Below, piece after piece: positions 14,284 through 27,949 of a DNA stretch of 64,000 nucleotides. The position numbers were made by a program, and so were the translations under genes. The notes under the pieces were generated by a model. That model made no database searches. It was not told the DNA's origin and saw only the letters and a list, made by a program, of their open reading frames with translations. This stretch comes from Octopus sinensis (taxonomy: Eukaryota): contig NC_042999.1 in the NCBI RefSeq assembly GCF_006345805.1, positions 33,294,001 through 33,358,000 on the forward strand, given 5' to 3'. The first letter of the stretch is position 1. Each line of letters opens with the position of its first letter.

Positions 14284-15035
14284 TAAAGATAGAACATCCC
14301 AAATGCTGCACATAGATATGTCTGAACATTTGTAGAGATTAGCCACATTTGGAAAAAAGAATTTAAATTCTCCACTTTATCTTCAAACATCCAATTTTAG
14401 GGAGGATTTCTTGATAAGGTGTGTGAGTGCATGCACGTGTCTATCTTTGTGTGTGTGTGTGTGTGTGTGCGTGTGTATGGTTGGGAATATGTCCTTGTAT
14501 ATACTGTGTAACTTCGATAACGCCTTTTTCAATTCCATGATTTTCCGTTAGAGAACATTAGTATAACACATATAAAACGTACTGTCTCTGCTTTTCTTTC
14601 AGACATTCAACTTAGGAGAGAGGTTTTTGATGAAATGTAGTTCCATTGTGTTTCAGTATTGCGGATCGACCCGTGCAGATTTTTCAAAATTGCTCCCTTT
14701 TACAAAAAATTCCCTTCAACAATGAATGTTTGGAAGGGACATATTTTAAATACAACTCAAAGACGAGAATATGAAAGGAGAAATATGGAACGAAAAAAGA
14801 AAAAAAGAATGGGAAATGAGAGAAGAAAAAGAAAAAAAGAGAAGAGGGATAGAAAGAAAGAAAAAATACTTTCAGTGATGACCAAACTTTTTTTTTAAGT
14901 AATCACCATCCTTAAGCCCGTTCCAATATAGAAAAATATTATATAAATGGAAAAATATTACATAAATGAATGAACAGTGAATAGAAGCATGGAAGCCCCT
15001 ACTCTCTCTAACCCTCTGCCCATTTGTCTATCTAT
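13655..15035. repeat. Diverged inverted repeat pair of about 350 bp (about 13655-13990 and 14700-15035)
   Basis: GGTCATCACTGAAA vs TTTCAGTGATGACC; GAAACATTCATT vs AATGAATGTTT; purine and pyrimidine tracts mirrored. Confidence 0.7.
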
Positions 15036-15349
15036 CTCACTATCCATCGATATAACTATCTATCAGCCTATTTACTTGCCCATATTTCTATCAATCAATC
15101 TCCATTTTCTTGGAACCTCACCCAAAAGAACAAAAACAATGTTCTCTTCTAAACAGCCTCCCCAAAAAAACATCTGCTTTATATAAAGGAAGAAGCTGTT
15201 TGTATATTCACAAAATTGTATTTGACAAGTTCTAGAGAGGAACGAAAGCGCTTTTAATAATTAAAAAATAATGGGATTTTTCCCCAAAATCTGCCTTTTT
15301 TCTCAATATTCAATTCTGTACACCACAGCTAACATTCTATACATACATA

Positions 15350-15394
<45 letters not shown>

Positions 15395-15419
15395 TATATG
15401 TATGTGCGTGTGTGTATGT

Positions 15420-15560
<141 letters not shown>

Positions 15561-16236
15561 TATGCATATATTTTTGGAGACAAGAAATGTATTCCCAAGC
15601 AGGAAAAGAAATAAGAGAATCTGTTTTGGGGTTTTGAAAATGCACTTGAATCTAAAGACCGCGTAATCGTTTTAAAATAGTTTTTTTTTTCAAATTCAAA
15701 ACACTGACTTCGTCGATTATTCGCTTATGAATTGTACCAATATATAAATAAAGGTTTTGGAAAGTTTAAAGTTACAAGGTAGATATTGTAAAAAAACATA
15801 TGTTTAAAGCAACCAGTGTTCGAATGTTCCCAGAAATCACAATAAGTTGCGGTGGGATCGATGGTAACATGAATGTCAATGTTCGGTGAAGTTCAGAACA
15901 AATGTACATTATTTAAAGTCCAGTCATATAGAGTTTTTATATAATAAGAGAAGAATGAGAACAATTTGGAGAGAAAGAAGAAACATGTTTTATTTTTACA
16001 CTGTAAATTTAATATCTCTCTTAAATCTTTATTTTTTTCGATCTATATATATTCAATGATAAGCAAGCAATTGTCAAAACTAGTTTGGTATGTGAATAAA
16101 ACTATTTAAAACGACTACAGATTTTTAAAGTTCAGCTGCATTTTCAAACTCCAACACAAATTCTCATAGATGTGTGTGTGTAGTATGTATGCATATATAT
16201 ATATATATATTATATATATATATATATATATATTCA

Positions 16237-16288
16237 TTTCTCCCATTCTAGTGGGGTTTTCAAATCAAACCCCACTAGAATGGAGAAA
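16237..16288. repeat. 22-23 bp fold-back hairpin at the end of an interspersed repeat (16237-16430; related copy 28270-28430 in opposite orientation)
   Basis: TTTCTCCCATTCTAGTGGGGTTT-tcaaatc-AAACCCCACTAGAATGGAGAAA. Confidence 0.8.
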
Positions 16289-16429
16289 GCGCTAATACAT
16301 GATCTAAGTTATATAATATATAAAAAATGTAATATACAAATAAATATCTGTAAATACAAACCATCTGATTGTCTAAGTACCTCATTTCTTCTAATATATA
16401 ATACATGTACATCATCTCCAAACCTTCCA

Positions 16430-16466
<37 letters not shown>

Positions 16467-16564
16467 ATATATAATATATATATATATATACGTACATACA
16501 TACATAATATATATACATATATGTGTTTGTGTATGCGTGTTTGTAAATGCAAGCGAGACAGAAT

Positions 16565-16960
16565 CATAACATCTTTCTGACTTCAGTACCACTGCGTGGT
16601 ACATTGGGTAGGCATAATATACCACAACCTCAGCCAGACAAATTGTTTGTAAGCAGGTTTAGTAGAGAGGCGGAGGCTAACAGAGAAACCCCGTCCTCGT
16701 GTGTTTGTGTGTATGCACGCGCGTATGCGTGCGTGTGTGTTATGTGTTCGCGTCTTCGTATCTGTGTTTGTCTCCCACCAAATCTTGTAAACTGGTGCGG
16801 ATGGGTGTACGCCTCTGTACCTTAGAAGTTCAACAAAAGAAACCGATAGAATTAGGTTTGAAAAATACAGAGATCTAAAGCTTCAAATAAATTCGTAAAG
16901 ACCGTACATGACTAATGACTAATGGCTGAAATAAGTGAAACATAGAAGACTTATTGCGAT
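16565..16960 (+). mobile_element. Old family B SINE with internal (TG)n
   Basis: CAGTACCACTGCGTGG...CTGTGTTTGTC...AAAAGAAACCGATAGAAT matches 26255-26969. Confidence 0.65.
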
Positions 16961-17419
16961 TCATGGGTAATTTGTTCCATGTAGGTAACTGTATAGTTAA
17001 TTAAACTACACACAAGAATATTTACGAAAGTTTTGAGGCAAGGAGACAAACAAAAATAACTAAATATTACATAAAATTATATATGCATTAATATAAAAGC
17101 TGAAATGACCAGAAGAGAAATTTGCTACTATTCCTTAATTTTTACCTGTAGCTGCTGGGCAATCGTTAAAATGCTACTCTGAATACAATTGCATAGCCAT
17201 CATGAAGAGGAAGAGAGAAATGATGTACGCCTTTGCTATAAAATTCCAATGAAATCATAAAAGAAAGAATATGATACAGACGATAAAGAAGAAAATGAGA
17301 ACAGTGGGGGAAAGGAAAATAAGTTTGCTCTTGTAAGAGAGGTGATATTAAATATGCTGGATCTAGTTAGGTGGCTTCTATGAAGTGGTTTGCAAATTAA
17401 ACATTATTTTATATATTTA

Positions 17420-18487
17420 GCCTCTGTGGATTGTCCGGATGAAGATCCTTATGAGAAGTTACGTTTATTGGCCGAATATGGACAAGCAAATTGGGAGACT
17501 GGTAAAACAGTCTAGGGGACGCGCTATGGCAGCAAAAGCGTCCCCAGTGGCCAAAAACGGATTCGGCATGGTCATGTGGATTTCGCAGAACCAATAAATA
17601 TCTCTCATTATATCATTGTGGTGGATAGCTATTCCAAATGGCCTGAAGTGTGTAAATGTTTAAGGCCAACCACAAGTGTGACTATTGACTTCTTGGAAGA
17701 ACTTTTCGCTCGTTATGGAGTGCCAGATACGATCGTGTCAGATAATGGTACGCAATTCACGGCGAAGGAGTTCGAAAGATTCTCTAAGTCGGTTCAGATG
17801 AAGCATGTATTAACTCTGACATACCATCCAAGGCCAAATGGTTTAGCTGAAAGATTTGTCGACACATTCAAGAGAGCTTTAAGGAAGACCAGACGGGAAA
17901 CCCTTGAAGATACAAATATGACAAAGTTTTTGCTGGTGTATAGAATAACACCGAATTCAAATGCACGGTCGGGTAGGTCAACCGCAGATTTGATGTTTTC
18001 TAGAAAAATTCGTTCTATTTTTGACAAATAGTTGTTGAGCAGGAAACAGAGAATAGAAAATTCGGGACGAAAAACGAAATTTTTAACATAGGTGACAAAG
18101 TGTATTTTAAAATATATAAAACGGAAAACAACACTGAGAACAAGGAAGTATAACTGGACGTCTGACTAACGTGACGTACATGGTACAAGGACCAAAATAT
18201 GAACACAGAAGGCATTTAAACCAATTAAAAAAAGATATACCAAAAACTAAAAGATGCGTGAAGAACCAATGGATTTATGGTATGATTTGTTCCAGGTCCC
18301 AGAACCACAAGCAAAATTGTTCGAGGTCCCAGAACTACAAGCAAAAGCAGAACCGACACGTCGGTCGAACAGGAAGACAATCCTACAGAGATTATGGAAA
18401 TTAACGCTAAAAGAAAAAGATATGCTAGTTTCTCACCGAAGAAATAAAATTGATAAATTCGGTTTTAAAATACTGAAAAGGGGGAGG
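17420..18487 (+). mobile_element. Ty3/Gypsy integrase region, 5'-truncated, with polypurine tract
   Basis: MRSYVYWPNMD zinc-finger part; ORF 17576-18031 rve core (HVDF...VVDSYSKWPEV...SDNGTQF...NGLAERFV); PPT GAAAAGGGGGAGG at 18475-18487. Confidence 0.9.
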
Positions 18488-18725
18488 TGTTGTGTGGACG
18501 CCCCCAGATGATGAAGTAGGCTAGCCCAATACGTAGATATAGAGGGAGATGCCTAAATTTCGAGGTAGTGTAGAGTGGTGTTAAGTAGAGGTCATCCGAA
18601 CCTGCGGTCTAACAACTACGGGTTTATAATTGCCAACTATTAATTCTTTAGTTCTGAATAGAATGTATGTGAATTGAAACAAGGTACTGGCAGTTCTTCC
18701 ATGTGCCTAATCTTTTAAGGCAACA
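18488..18725 (+). mobile_element. 3' LTR, 238 bp
   Basis: Starts TGTTG right after the PPT and ends CAACA. Confidence 0.75.
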
Positions 18726-19419
18726 TTTTACCATAATAGAAATCGTATGAATATACCTGCATAATAACGATATATAGACTTATTCTATATCTCTTAAAGA
18801 GTCTAAGAATGAGAGATGATAATAGTAGAATTATTAAGGGAATGAAACTGTCAATGAAACATTATTAAGTCCTATACCGCAATACTTTACAGAGTCAAAA
18901 TTACAATTCATATGAATATACGATAAGCAAATACAGAAGAATTAATTGGTATTCATATAAGAATTAATATGTGGTTTGTTCAACGATAGGTTTAAAGTAA
19001 TATATGAGTTAAATCAATATGGTTGAATATTAAATATTATCTATAGTGATACTGTCTCTTAATCTGAATAATAGTATAATTCTATTATACAGTTCACGTG
19101 AAGGAACAAAACATACGATATTTGGCCTAAGGAATATGAAGTTTTAGAAAGATTTGAATATGACTACTTAAGTGATTGACAACACGTGATCTACGTTTTC
19201 TTCGAATTATTAGTACAGTATACATTGTCTCTCACATACACTAACGACATAAACGTACACACACACACCAAATAATATATATATGTATATATATATATAT
19301 ATATACTATATATATATATATATTATAATATTATATATATATATATATGTGCGTGTCTGTGTGGTGTGTTTATGTGTTGTAAGGCTTTACTTCCCACTTC
19401 CACACGCCAGCTTAATATA

Positions 19420-19774
19420 ATTCGTCCTTAGTCGAAAGACACCTGTTGTTATGTCCTGTTATTTGTATTTGTGTAACATTCTCCGTTTCTTCCCTCCTTT
19501 TTTCGTATACATTCGTTGCTTTCTTCCAAGGAATCTAATGCTCTTAGCTTAGTTTGTTTACTTGGGGCTGGCCAGATTGAAGCAATTTTGAGTATAACCA
19601 GCCGAAATTACAAGGATAATTTGGAACTCGACTGAGGAAATAAAACTCTGAATGACCATTCCTTCTTTTCTTGTATCGTCTATCTGATATTTTGTTCGTC
19701 CCGTTCTTGTATCGCCTAACTCTCTGGATGTTTTGCGTTCTTGTCCCACCATGCATATATATATATATATTATA

Positions 19775-19815
<41 letters not shown>

Positions 19816-20940
19816 TATATATATATATATATATATATATCTTCGCTTTGGTGTCTTATATGTAAGCATATATCTATCTAACTTGTACTACTCTTTCTTT
19901 TATTCTTTTACTCTCTTATTCTTCCTGTTTTTCACACTTATTTTGTCATTCCACTCTTCGTTCTTTCATTCCGGCTCTCTCACATTTGCTTGCCTAATCT
20001 TCATGCTCACTTTCCCTCCTCTTTTCATTTAACTGTATCCCTGTAATTTTTCCTCGCCCCTCCTTATATCTTCTGTCCCTCAGCCTCTACCTCTCTCTCT
20101 ACTCTCCCCAAATTACCGATTTTGGGCCAAGCCTGACCTTTCTTTTATGGTTCTGCCGTTGTCCGTGCGACATCTCTATTCCTCCCTGTGCCTGTGAAAT
20201 CCTGTATCCCTGCCGTAAACCTAATTTAATTCGTCCTTAGTTGAAAGACACCTCTTGATATGTCTTGTTATTTATCCGTTTTTCCGTCCTTGTTTTAGTA
20301 TACATTCGCTCCTTTCTTCCAAGGAATCTAATGCTCTTAGGTGGAAGCGCAATGGCCCAGTGGTTAGGGCAGCGGACTCGCGGTCTTAGGATCGCGGTTT
20401 CGATTCCCAGACCGGGCGTTGTGAGTGTTTATTGAGCGAAAACACCTAAAAGTTCCACGAGGCTCCGGCAGGGGATGGTGGTGATCCCTGCTGTACTCTT
20501 TCACCACAACGTTCTCTTACTCTTACTTCCTGTTTCTGTTGTACCTGTATTTCAAGGGGCCGGCCTTGTCACTCTCTGTGTCACGCTGAATATCCCCGAG
20601 AACTAAGTTAAGGGTGCACGTATCTGTGGAGTGCTCAGCCACTTACACGTTAATTTCACGAGCAGGTTCTTCCGTTGATTCGGATCAACCGGAACCCTCA
20701 TCGTCGTAACCGATGGAGTGCTTTCCCCAATGCTTTTAGATTAGTTTTTCCTTCGGATTGGCCAGATTGGAGCAATCTCGAGTATAACCAGCCGAAATTG
20801 CAAAGATAAGCTGGAACTCGACTGAGGAAAGAAAACTCAGAACAACCCGTCCTTGTTTTCTCTTTATCGTCTACCTGGATGTTTTGTTGTCCCTTTCTTT
20901 TATCACCTAACTGTCCGGATGTTTCTCTTTCTTGTCCCAT
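19420..20940 (+). repeat. Two copies of an unclassified ~330 bp interspersed repeat (19420-19755; 20228-20940, the latter split by a SINE)
   Basis: Shared AATTCGTCCTTAGT.GAAAGACACC, CCAAGGAATCTAATGCTCTTAG and GTATAACCAGCCGAAATT. Confidence 0.8.
20341..20728 (+). mobile_element. Full-length tRNA-derived SINE, family C, with 11 bp TSD
   Basis: A box TGGCCCAGTGG, B box GGTTTCGATTCC; TSD AATGCTCTTAG (20330-20340) and AATGCTTTTAG (20729-20739). Confidence 0.9.
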
Positions 20941-20941
20941 T

Positions 20942-20978
<37 letters not shown>

Positions 20979-22140
20979 GAATATATATACACACACACAC
21001 ATATATATATATATATACATACATATATATATATATATATTTATCCGTATATATACATATATACAAACATATATATATTATATACTAAATATATATAATA
21101 TATACATGTATGTTGGAATATATGTCTATATACATTCATATATATATATACATATATGTATGTGTGATTGTGTGTGTATGTTTGTGTGCGTGTGTGTGTA
21201 TGTGAATGCGAATATGTGTGTGTGCGTGCAGACGGTATATTTGCAATCGCTTTTCTCCTTTACTTTGCACTCCTAACCTGTTAGTGCTCGTTGAAACAAA
21301 GTCCATTTTCACTCGACGATCTCCATGTTCAAATGAGATGCGAGAGCTATATTGACTGCTGTGAGGTTACTTTTCAGCTTGCCCTTTTTTTCTGAGCCAT
21401 GGTCGAGCAAAATACCTGTGCCCACAATCAAGCAGTGAAAAAGATCTATTGATTCTATCAATCTTTCACTTACTAAACTGGTCGATATTAGACATTCAGT
21501 CTTTTATTGAACACCCACAGTCTGTCCTGAGACAGTCTTTGTGGAAGACGCCTTGTTGGTTAGTATGCTACTTACAGGGTTTCCATGATTCCAATACATG
21601 CAGAAGAGTCGTAAGAATGGCAGCTTAATAGAGATATTCTTTGTTGTCTATCTTAATGCCGCTTTCATTACACAAGCGATGTGTTGTTTGCAAGGCGATT
21701 AACGATTTCATCATTAAGAGAATATTTGTACTATGTGTTATAAATTATATGTGTGTGTGTATGTGCGCGTGTGTGCGCGCGCGTGTGTGTTTAATTAAAA
21801 ATAAATTGTCTTCTCTTATTTCAGGATTTATTCATTTAATTATTATTTCCTGAGAGACAGAAGTGTTTTCTTAAGTCGAATTATATAAGCTGGGATAGAA
21901 CTATTCGGTGAAGACTTCTGTTAACTGTCATAGATATCCAAATCATGACTGAGTCAGCTTTTCCTGTAATGAAACATTACTCAATTTGAAAGCCTGCTGG
22001 GTGTTCCTAGGATATCGGAACAGAAACAACTATGCAAATACACTCACACATCCCAAAAAATACACGCACAAACACACACGCGCTTACACACAAACCCACA
22101 TAGAAACACGTTTTATCGAATGTGCAGTATACTATATATA

Positions 22141-22327
22141 TTGGTTTCAAAATCTTTCATGAGGTCAGCAATTTTAGGGGAGGAGAAAAAGGATGATAAT
22201 GCTCCCTATCCCCGAATTCAACTTATTTTATCAAGCCCGAAAGGATGAAGAGTAATGTCGACCTTGGTAAAATTTGATCTCAGAAAGTACTGACGAAATG
22301 TTGCTAAGCATTCCGCCAGCTCACCAC
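22141..22327 (-). mobile_element. Old family A SINE
   Basis: CCCGAAAGGATGAA...GTCGACCT...GCCAGCTCACC. Confidence 0.7.
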
Positions 22328-22388
22328 ATTAAATAGTACACATTATTGTATACGGTTATATATGCACAAATATATATATATATATATT

Positions 22389-22685
22389 GAGACCCCCTTC
22401 GGTCATGACTGGGACTGCACCTAGAAAATTACCCTCCCATGGACAACTCCGGGTCAGCTTGTTTATGGAAGAGAGTCGCCCATGCATACCGGCTTCCCCT
22501 ATACAGGCCACCAGTCTTATCCAAGGGAAAGGCAACAGCTGATACTGCTTGACACCTGTGACGTCGCAACTCATTTATACAGCTGAGTGAACTGGAGCAA
22601 CGTGAAATAAAATGTCTTGCTCTAGAACATAACAGGCAGCCCGGTCCGGGATTCGAACTCACAACTTCACGATCGTAAGCAATGT
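22389..22685 (-). mobile_element. tRNA-derived SINE, family D
   Basis: B box GAGTTCGAATCCCGG and central CACTCAGCTGTATAAATGAG on the minus strand; (TA)n at the 3' end. Confidence 0.75.
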
Positions 22686-22726
22686 GCATTCACACTCCAC
22701 ACACACACACACACACGCACACACAC

Positions 22727-22792
<66 letters not shown>

Positions 22793-23560
22793 TATATATA
22801 CACATACATGCATCTATACATACATATCCGTGTATCTGTATGTACATATATATATATACACAAGCATATATAATATATATATATATATATAATATATATA
22901 TAAACATATATAAAACCAAAAACACAAAAGTACACCTATATATGTGTGTGTGTGTGTCAGAAATGGAAAAAGAAAAACAAATATATTGAACAATTTCAAA
23001 TACAATTCAATTGAAGTATCTTCTACAAACAAATAATATATCTCATCAGTTACAGCTGTTTCTGGTTCATTAATAAAAGTTTTCAAGAATATGCAAATCC
23101 GTTTGAATAAGTAATGATGCTTCATCAGATTCACATATCTTCTTAAATATTTGACAAATCTACCCACACATGTACCTAGATAAACACGCACACATACACA
23201 CACATTTATATGTGTGTGTGTGTGTTTATGTAGTTTCCACAAAGCTACCCACATATGTACCTACATAAACACACAGACATATATATACACACCCGTGCAG
23301 CTACACTTGCATATATACCCCCTCATATATACCTAGATACACATCTATTCATATATCTTCTTAAATATTTGACCAAAACTATCAAATGAAAATATGCATT
23401 TCTAAATCTTTACAAAGACGATATATATGTACGAGCTTACATATATACATGCTCATACTCATACACAGCTATACATCCACAAAACTACTCACATATGTAC
23501 CTACATAAACACACACACACAAATATATATATTATATATATATATATATATAGATATATA

Positions 23561-23596
<36 letters not shown>

Positions 23597-23851
23597 CGTA
23601 CAGTTGTACTTAAATATATGCCCCCTAATTTATACCTAGATACATATCTATTCAGATATATACACCCACATATCTACACAAAATGTTCACATATGCTTAC
23701 TCTTCCCATATATAAAAAAAAATCTATACCCAGATATACACATATGCATGTATACATACACACTTATATACATATATAAATCAAATCTACATATATATTC
23801 ATACATCCCCACATTCATACACACACCACAACAAATATTTATATATATATA

Positions 23852-23907
<56 letters not shown>

Positions 23908-24150
23908 CTAATATTCTCTCTCTCTCTCTCTCTCTCTCTACATTTATACATATATATATAGTATGTATGCGTAGTGTTTATTTTATTTACCTATTGGAGT
24001 AACATTGTTATTGATACAGGTAATATAAACCAGTAACTTCGTCGGATATTTAATATCTCTTAGGTGTATTTTACACCTAGCTTTACTGTTATACACACGC
24101 ACACACACACTTATATATATATATATATATATATATTTGTATATATATAT

Positions 24151-24449
24151 CACGTGATAACGTGTCCGACCAGCCCTTCAGATGTTGCTACACATCGCTG
24201 GTCACAATGCGTTCGCATTGTTTTACCCTTCGAATGACGCCACCCCGCTGGCTAAGCGAGCAGGCCAACAGACGAGAGAGTGAGAGAAAGAGTGGTGAAA
24301 GAGTACAGCAGGGATCACCACCCCCTGCCGGAGCGTCGTGGAGCTTTTTTAGGTGTTTTCGCTCAATAAACACACACAACGCCCGGTCTGGGAATCGAAA
24401 CCCCGATCCTACGACCGCGAGTCCGCTGCCCTAACCACTGAGCCTCCAC
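24151..24449 (-). mobile_element. SINE with family C head but a different 3' tail
   Basis: First ~160 nt match 20341-20510; tail unrelated. Confidence 0.85.
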
Positions 24450-24716
24450 ACAACAACACACCACATATATATATATTATATATATAATATTATATATATA
24501 TAATATATAATATATATATTAATATATATATATATATTATAATATATATATATAATATATATATATATATATTATATTATATAGATATATATAATATATA
24601 ATATATATATATATTAAAGTGTTGTGAGTCCTGTGAGTCCATCAGCTCTTTTGGGAAACTCTGAGATCCATCATAACGTTGGTATTTGTAGTTCCTCAGA
24701 ATGTGCAGTCCTTAAA

Positions 24717-24930
24717 GGCGCCGAGCTGACAGAAACGTTAGCACGCGTGGCGAAATGCTTAGACGTATTTCGCCTGTATTTACGTTCCGAGTTCAAATTC
24801 CGCCAAGACGACCTTGCCTTTCATCCCTTCAGCGTCGGTAAATTAAGTATCAGTTGCGAACTGGGGTCCATCTAATCGACTGGCCCTCCCCCAAATTTTG
24901 GCGCCTTGTGCCTAGAGTAAAAAAAGAATA
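24717..24930 (+). mobile_element. Full-length family A SINE
   Basis: GGCGCCGAGCTGACAGAAACGTTAG head; B box GAGTTCAAATTCC. Confidence 0.9.
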
Positions 24931-25499
24931 TGCAGACCGTATTCGTAGCAATCAACATTAAATAAATCGAACATCTGTTATCAGAGCACAAATGATCTTC
25001 CATTTCAGATCATAATGCAGAGGAGATCAAAGGCGGAATGATTAAGTCTAGTGTGCAAGTATTTGAGGACTGATGTTGGATAGTAGTTGGGTTTATGATG
25101 AGTGTTAAGGCAGGGAATGGTGAGAGGAGATAAAGAGAGCTAGTTCAGGAAGTCGGAGGGAGGTGAATAATGAAGATATTGAGGGAGGTTGTAGTAGAGA
25201 TGGAGACTTGGGAGATGAGTTGGGGGAATAGACAGAAATAATTGAAGGGCAGTCAGTTGCTGGGTTAGTGTATATGTGTCAACATTTAGAGATAATAACT
25301 ATCAAAGTCGAAATGGTGAGAAAAAGGATAGCAATTATTTGAGGAAAGGAAAGAGTTTAAGTCTGCGGCAGAGAAAGTTGGCAAAAGTATGTAGAAAGGT
25401 ATGGCAGATGATAGATAGAGTTGGACAAAGTGGGGGTGAGTCGAAGGTCAAGGTAGTAATGACTAGTAATTAGAATTCAGCATTTTCACTGTTATGGGA

Positions 25500-25650
25500 T
25501 TACATTGAGTTAATAAAATGGACAAATGAGGAGTAGAACCTGTGTTTACAAGAGAGTATATTAGGTAATGAGATGCTGCGTTTGTAATTGAGGGTTAGCG
25601 ATTCCTTTAAACGCAATTTACAATTACCAATTCCTTTGAACACACGCGTA
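25500..25650 (-). pseudogene. Penelope GIY-YIG C-terminal fragment
   Basis: NCKLRLKESL...SCKHRF resembles C.LCL.E...SKCRH. Confidence 0.4.
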
Positions 25651-26254
25651 CACATACATACGTACACACACACGTCCACACAAATGCCCTCAAACACACT
25701 TACACGCACACATATATATACACACATGTGCACTTATAAGCATATATAAACACTCATACGCATACACCCACGCATATTCGCACCCTCAAGAACACACACA
25801 AGCACATAGGCACCAACAACACAACGGGCACTCACATATATTTCACCTCCTCTATCGTCTCTCATCGTCGAATCGAACACCGACCACTTTTTCGACTCAA
25901 CACCAAACCCTTACGTACATCACTCACATAAATACACATACACACATACAAAGACACACAGACACACACACACGCAAGAATTTCGCACTGACATGTACCC
26001 AAAAACACACTTTTCCTATCTCTTTCCACTTCCGATCTCTTCAGCCATTTAACCACATAGGTACTATTCGTAGACATTTTCCTTCTCTGGATTTTCCTCC
26101 TTCCTCTTTCTCACGGAGAGTAATGCTCAAAACGTTAAAAAAACCTACTCTCTTTTTTCCACCTTTACTGAGCATGAGCTAATACATTCCATGTGTACGT
26201 CCACTTGTTTTGTTACTTAAATTATTATTGTTACATTTATTGTTCGATTGTCAA

Positions 26255-26468
26255 TTCTTTTTTTTCTTTTACTTGTTTCAGTCATTTGACTGCGGCCATG
26301 CTGGAGCACTGCCTTTAGTCGAGCAAATCGACTCCAGGATTTATTCTTTGTAAGTCCAGTACTTATTGTATCGTTCTCTTTTGCCGAACCGCTAGGTGAC
26401 GTGGACGTAAACACACCGGCATCGGTTGTCAAGCAATGCTAGAGGGACAAACACAGACACACAAACAC

Positions 26469-26543
<75 letters not shown>

Positions 26544-26763
26544 TCACAAGAAATTTGAAGAGCTAACTGCGAAACCGGTATTTCTTTAAAAATTATAAAA
26601 TTATGTCATTTTAAGGGAAGAAAAAATTTTTCCAATATTCTCCAGACATTTTGACGCAAATATATATATTTTTTAACATTTAAGCCTTCTGTCGTTTTTT
26701 CACTCTCTACTATTTTCTTATATATCACCCACGTGCTTTACAAAACAAACTTTCTTATCTATC

Positions 26764-26808
<45 letters not shown>

Positions 26809-26969
26809 CATATATACGACAGGCTTCTTTCAGTTTCCGTCTACCAAATCCACTCACAAGGCATTGGTCGGCCCGGGGCTATAGCAGAAGACACTTGCCC
26901 AAGATGCCACGCAGTGGGACTGAACCCGGAACCATGTAGTTGGTTAGCAAGCTACTTACCACACAGCCA
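26255..26969 (-). mobile_element. Family B SINE with a ~220 bp insertion (26541-26760) in its internal (TA)n
   Basis: Head TGGCTGTGTGGTAAG...GGGTTCAGTCCC at 26969-26820; tail ...GACTGAAACAAGTAAAAG at about 26260. Confidence 0.85.
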
Positions 26970-27007
26970 TCTTCAAATGTTTAGACTATGTATATACATA
27001 TATATGC

Positions 27008-27069
<62 letters not shown>

Positions 27070-27072
<3 letters not shown>

Positions 27073-27546
27073 TTTACAATTAAGGATAATCTCTTAATAA
27101 GGGATCTTAACAAGAAATTATCGGGTAGCTAGCGTGAAAACCTCATAAAAGAAAAGAATTCGAAAATAATTTTTTCTTTTGAACAAATTAATTATATCTA
27201 TATTGTATAGAGGGCATTATTACACATAAATGCCTCACACTAGGAGGGACAAAGTCATTACTACCAAAATTATACTAATCGTACCCAAATGCAGTTTTTA
27301 AATGTCTTGCTTTGAAAAACTGCATTTGGGTATGATTAGTATAATTTTGGTAGTAATGACTTTGTCCCTCCTAGTGTGAGGCATTTATGTGTAATAATGC
27401 CCTCTATACAATATAGATATAATTAATTTGTTCAAAAGAAAAAAATTATTTTCGAATTCTTTTCTTTTATGAGGTTTTCACGCTAGCTACCCGATAATTT
27501 CTTGTTAAGATCCCTTATTAAGAGATTATCCTTAATTGTTAAACTT
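27070..27546. repeat. Near-perfect palindrome (230 bp arms, 15 nt spacer) made of a Penelope-like 3' end
   Basis: 27070-27299 vs 27315-27546 with about 3 differences; arm encodes TIKDNLLIRDLNKKLS*, resembling a GIY-YIG terminus. Confidence 0.9.
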
Positions 27547-27906
27547 ATTCCGAAATACTTTTCATTACCCGACATGCAGTTCGTAAAAAAGCCCGCCATT
27601 TACCGGATATATGATTTATAAACATTCCATGTGCTTGGCCGGAGTGAGCAGTTGTCTGTTCGTCTTCGCTACGTAAGGTTGGTAGTTTATTTATGATGTG
27701 TTCAGAATCAGTTCTGCTGATGATCATTAGACGTAAGTTGAATGTGAAATCACGGTGATACAGAACTAAATTCATTTTTTAAATGTCTTGCTTTGAAAAA
27801 CTGCATTTGGGTATGATTAGTATAATTTTGGTAGTAATGACTTTGTCCCTCCTAGTGTGAGGCATTTATGTGTAATATGCCCTCTATACAATGTATATAT
27901 TATATA

Positions 27907-27939
<33 letters not shown>

Positions 27940-27949
27940 GTATACATAT

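Noticed and set aside
20343-20415. tRNA gene
   Set aside because: It is a SINE head: no acceptor-stem closure, and it continues into the SINE body with a TSD.
27200-27250. GGGCATT/AATGCCT stem in the palindrome arm as a possible hammerhead stem II
   Set aside because: Neither CUGANGA nor GAAA is retained.
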